Of a stretch of DNA of 64,000 nucleotides, positions 61,092-64,000 are shown piece after piece. The notes beneath the pieces were generated by a model that did no database searches, was not told the DNA's origin, and saw nothing but the letters and a program-made list of their open reading frames with translations. A program made the translations under genes and the position numbers. The stretch is taken from the NCBI GenBank assembly GCA_963792585.1, contig CAWBWI010000001.1, positions 1,440,001-1,504,000 on the forward strand, written 5' to 3'. Origin of the DNA: Candidatus Eiseniibacteriota bacterium (GTDB lineage: Bacteria > Eisenbacteria > RBG-16-71-46 > CAIMUX01 > VGJL01). Positions within the stretch are counted from its first letter, which is position 1. The number at the start of each line of letters is the position of its first letter.

Positions 61092-61189
61092 GTATCTCCC
61101 TCCCTCGGGAGAGGATACATCGATTCGTCCGCAGGGTGGACAGGAGGGTGGGTCACCCATAGACTCTTCGGCGAGCTACGGGAGGGCGC

Positions 61190-62032
61190 ATGAGCGGCTC
61201 GAAGAAGATCCACCTCGTGATCGTCGGGCTCGGAACGGCCGGCCAGGCGCGGCTGCGCGCGGCCCAGACGGCCGTCGGGATCGAGGTCGTGGCCATCGTC
61301 TCCCGGCACCGGGCGGTCGGAAATGCCCGGTTCGACGAAGCCATCGCCCGCGATGACGTCGATGCCGTGGCGATCTCGACCGAAACCACGGATCACGAAA
61401 CCAGGGTGCGCGCCGCCCTCGAGGCGGGCAAGCACGTCCTCTGCGACTATCCTCTGGCGCTCTCCGCCGGGCGGGCGGGCGATCTCCTGAAGCTCGCGCA
61501 CCGGAAACGCCGCGTCCTTCACGTCGAGCAGATCGCCCTGCTCACGCCGGCCCATCGAGAGGCCCGGACCCGCCTCACCGAACTCGGACGATTGAGGGAT
61601 GGAAGCTTCACGTTCGAGGGAGGCTGGACGGCCCGGCTGGCCGACCCAGCCTATGCCGGGCCGTTTCCGATTCACGTGGAGTCTCGGCTCGTTCAGTTGC
61701 TGGACCTCTTCGGTCCGGCACGGCTGGAGAACGTGGAGATGTCCGTGAGTCCGGAGCGCTCGCACTTCGTGGCGGATGTCGACTTCGAGCGTGGAGGGAG
61801 GATCCGCTTCACCGAGCGCCGGGCTCCGGACCTTCTCCGTCGGCGAGAAATGGAAGCCCATTGTGAGAAGGGCACCCTCACCTGGCCGGAGGTCGACGGG
61901 ACGACGGGCCTGTTCGCTCTGGATCTATCCTTCTTCCGGCAGCGCGTTCTTCACGCGAAGCCCGGGTACATGCAGGATTCCACCATGCTTCGAGCCCTGG
62001 AACAGATCGACGCGCTCCACGCACGCTCCTGA
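61190..62032 (+). CDS. Gfo/Idh/MocA oxidoreductase, biliverdin reductase-like
   Basis: GLGTAG Rossmann motif; GKHVLCDYPLALS, LHVEQIALL, SRLVQLLDLFG. Confidence 0.75.
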   Translation: MSGSKKIHLVIVGLGTAGQARLRAAQTAVGIEVVAIVSRHRAVGNARFDEAIARDDVDAVAISTETTDHETRVRAALEAGKHVLCDYPLALSAGRAGDLLKLAHRKRRVLHVEQIALLTPAHREARTRLTELGRLRDGSFTFEGGWTARLADPAYAGPFPIHVESRLVQLLDLFGPARLENVEMSVSPERSHFVADVDFERGGRIRFTERRAPDLLRRREMEAHCEKGTLTWPEVDGTTGLFALDLSFFRQRVLHAKPGYMQDSTMLRALEQIDALHARS

Positions 62033-62036
62033 ACGG

Positions 62037-62933
62037 TTACGCCAGCATGACGAGCGCAACCCCCGCGACGGCGATGATCGTGCCGACCCATCCCCCCACG
62101 CGCATCGCCTCGCCGAGGAAGAAGACCGAGAGGGGCGCTATGAAGAGGGGCGAGGTGCCGGTCAGGGCGGCGGCCACCGAAGGATCGGTCGAGCGCACCG
62201 CGAGCTGAAATAGGAAGAACCCGACGAAGCTCCCCATGAGCGATGCCGGAATGATCCGCGAGAGCGCGGGGGGCCGCAGGGCGTGCCGGACCGTCAGCAG
62301 AAGCTGCCCGTGGGCCGCCTCCAGAATGAGGATCCCCGCCACCCCGCCGAACATCCGTATCGCGCTCGCCTGGAACAGATCGGCGTGCTCGAGCCCTTTC
62401 TTCGTCATCACGATCCCGAGCGCTTGACAGAATGCGGCGCCCAGCGCGAACAGAAGCCCGCTCCGGGTCTGCCCCGTCCGCACGGTCCCGGCCGGACGTT
62501 CGCGGAGAACCAGGATCAGCCCCACGATGACGAGCGCCACCCCGGCGGCCGCGACGACTCCGGGCATCTGCTGACCCGCCAAGAGCGCAAGGCCCGCCGC
62601 GAAGAGCGGGGTCAAGGTCTGGACCATCATCGTCCGTCTCGCACCGATTCGGGGAAGGGCGGCGAAGTAGGACGTGTCCCCCAATGACATCCCGACCACG
62701 CCGCTCACGATCAAGATCAGTGCTGACGAAAGGGTCACCCCGGAGAACGCAGGATGGGGACCGGCAAGGATGAGGAGCAGGACGAAGAGGGGCATGCAGA
62801 CGCCCAGTTTGAAGAGGTTCATCGCCTGCGGCCAGCTGACGGCCGACTGGCGCGTCCAGAGGATCGTGGAGACGGCCCACAAAGCGGCCGCCCCCAGGGC
62901 AGCCAACTCGCCGATCGGCAGGTGGCCCGGCAT
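62037..62933 (-). CDS. DMT/EamA-family transporter
   Basis: Ten TM helices in two repeats; GDTSYFAAL, FFLGE. Confidence 0.88.
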   Translation of the reverse strand: MPGHLPIGELAALGAAALWAVSTILWTRQSAVSWPQAMNLFKLGVCMPLFVLLLILAGPHPAFSGVTLSSALILIVSGVVGMSLGDTSYFAALPRIGARRTMMVQTLTPLFAAGLALLAGQQMPGVVAAAGVALVIVGLILVLRERPAGTVRTGQTRSGLLFALGAAFCQALGIVMTKKGLEHADLFQASAIRMFGGVAGILILEAAHGQLLLTVRHALRPPALSRIIPASLMGSFVGFFLFQLAVRSTDPSVAAALTGTSPLFIAPLSVFFLGEAMRVGGWVGTIIAVAGVALVMLA

Positions 62934-62942
62934 TGCGCGGGG

Positions 62943-63839
62943 CTAGGTTCGGTAGCCCAGTCGGCGAAGGGCCGCCTCGTCCCGCCGCCATTTCGGCGAG
63001 ACCTTCACCCGCAACTCGAGGAAGACCTCTCGACCGAGGAACTCCTCGATCGCCGCGCGCGCCGCCGCGCCGAGATCCTTGATCGCGCGCCCGCCGCGAC
63101 CGATCAGGATCCCCTTCTGGGAGTCCTGTTCCACGTAGAGGATGACCCCGATGAAATCCTTCGCCCCCGCACGCTCCGTGAACTCGTCGACTTCCACCTC
63201 GACCGCGTACGGGACCTCCTCCGAGTAGCGGACCATGATCTGTTCGCGCACGAGTTCGCCCACGAAGAATCGCTCGGGCTGCTCGGTCAACTGATCCGGC
63301 GGATAGAAGGGCGGGCCCTCGGGAAGGGCTTGAACGAGGACCTGGAGCAGTTGATCCACCCCGTCTCCCGTGAGCGCGGAGATCGGGACGACCTCCTTGA
63401 AGAGATCGGCCTGCGCGATCTCCTGCAACAGAGGGATCAGGAGCTGCTTTGGGCGCATCCGATCGATCTTGTTCAAGGCGGCAATTCGCGGTCCTTCGAA
63501 ACGGCGCAACTCCACGGGGAAGGCGATCGCCCCCGGCTTGAGTTGCGGCGCGTCGATCAGAACGCACGCGACGTCCGCATCGCCGAGGACTTCATTGACC
63601 GTCTTCATCATGGCGGCCTGGAGCGGGTAGTGAGGCTGGAGAATCCCAGGCGTGTCGAGGAGGACGATCTGGTAGCCGTCCCCCGAGACGATCCCCAGAG
63701 TGCGGCGCCGCGTCGTCTGCGGCTTGGGGCTCACGATCGCCAGGCGGGAATCGACAAGATGGTTCATCAGGGTCGACTTGCCCGCATTGGGTTCCCCGAC
63801 CAGGGCCACATAACCGCAGCGGAACGCGCGTTCTTCCAT
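62943..63839 (-). CDS. era: GTPase Era
   Basis: GEPNAGKS, PQTTR, DTPG, NKID, EEVPY, KH-domain SQKGILIGRGG. Confidence 0.96.
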   Translation of the reverse strand: MEERAFRCGYVALVGEPNAGKSTLMNHLVDSRLAIVSPKPQTTRRRTLGIVSGDGYQIVLLDTPGILQPHYPLQAAMMKTVNEVLGDADVACVLIDAPQLKPGAIAFPVELRRFEGPRIAALNKIDRMRPKQLLIPLLQEIAQADLFKEVVPISALTGDGVDQLLQVLVQALPEGPPFYPPDQLTEQPERFFVGELVREQIMVRYSEEVPYAVEVEVDEFTERAGAKDFIGVILYVEQDSQKGILIGRGGRAIKDLGAAARAAIEEFLGREVFLELRVKVSPKWRRDEAALRRLGYRT

Positions 63840-64000
63840 CAGGGTTGATCCGTCTCTTTCAACCGGCCGTGCCGGTAGGTGATGACGCGGACCTTCTCCA
63901 GGGTGACGAGTCCCTCGCCGATCATCGCATCGAGATCGGGCAGGAACGCCGCGACCCGCTCCGGCGTGTCGACGATCTCGATCACAACCGGCAGATCCTC
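63839..64000 (-). CDS. DUF190 (PII-like) protein, C-terminal part only
   Basis: EDLPVVIEIVDTPERVAAFLPDLDAMIGEGLVTLEKVRVITY; its stop overlaps the era ATG; truncated by the window edge. Confidence 0.8.
   Translation of the reverse strand, partial: EDLPVVIEIVDTPERVAAFLPDLDAMIGEGLVTLEKVRVITYRHGRLKETDQP

Overview
GC-rich bacterial chromosome segment, mostly housekeeping genes. The secreted-protein repertoire (FlgD-Ig/T9SS-like C-terminal domains, 'WGxxKxLFR' tails, GACC Cys-rich repeats) suggests an FCB-related candidate lineage such as Ca. Eisenbacteria; this is inference only. Contents in order: a dockerin-like secreted protein and tRNA-Val(TAC); a minus-strand run (divIVA, punA, dksA-like, lspA, rluD, STAS, rsbW-like, ruvX, mltG, Cys-rich protein, DUF3098-like) with several apparent assembly frameshifts; fbp plus an AhpD-like gene that appears to read through UGA (CxxU selenoprotein with a SECIS-like hairpin); envelope and glycosylation genes; glutamate dehydrogenase; a complete nuoA-N operon (fused NuoCD, short NuoG); tdh; an unannotated 38-aa membrane peptide; hppD-fah-hmgA; tolA/tolB/pal/cpoB; an M36/M4-type peptidase; a biliverdin-reductase-like oxidoreductase; era. 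I found no CRISPR array, prophage, integrase or IS. Best leads: (1) a shared C-terminal tail, [ST]WGx[VIL][KR]xL[FY]R-stop, on three unrelated signal-peptide proteins, a candidate uncharacterised sorting/anchoring signal; (2) the AhpD-like selenoprotein that the ORF track truncates.
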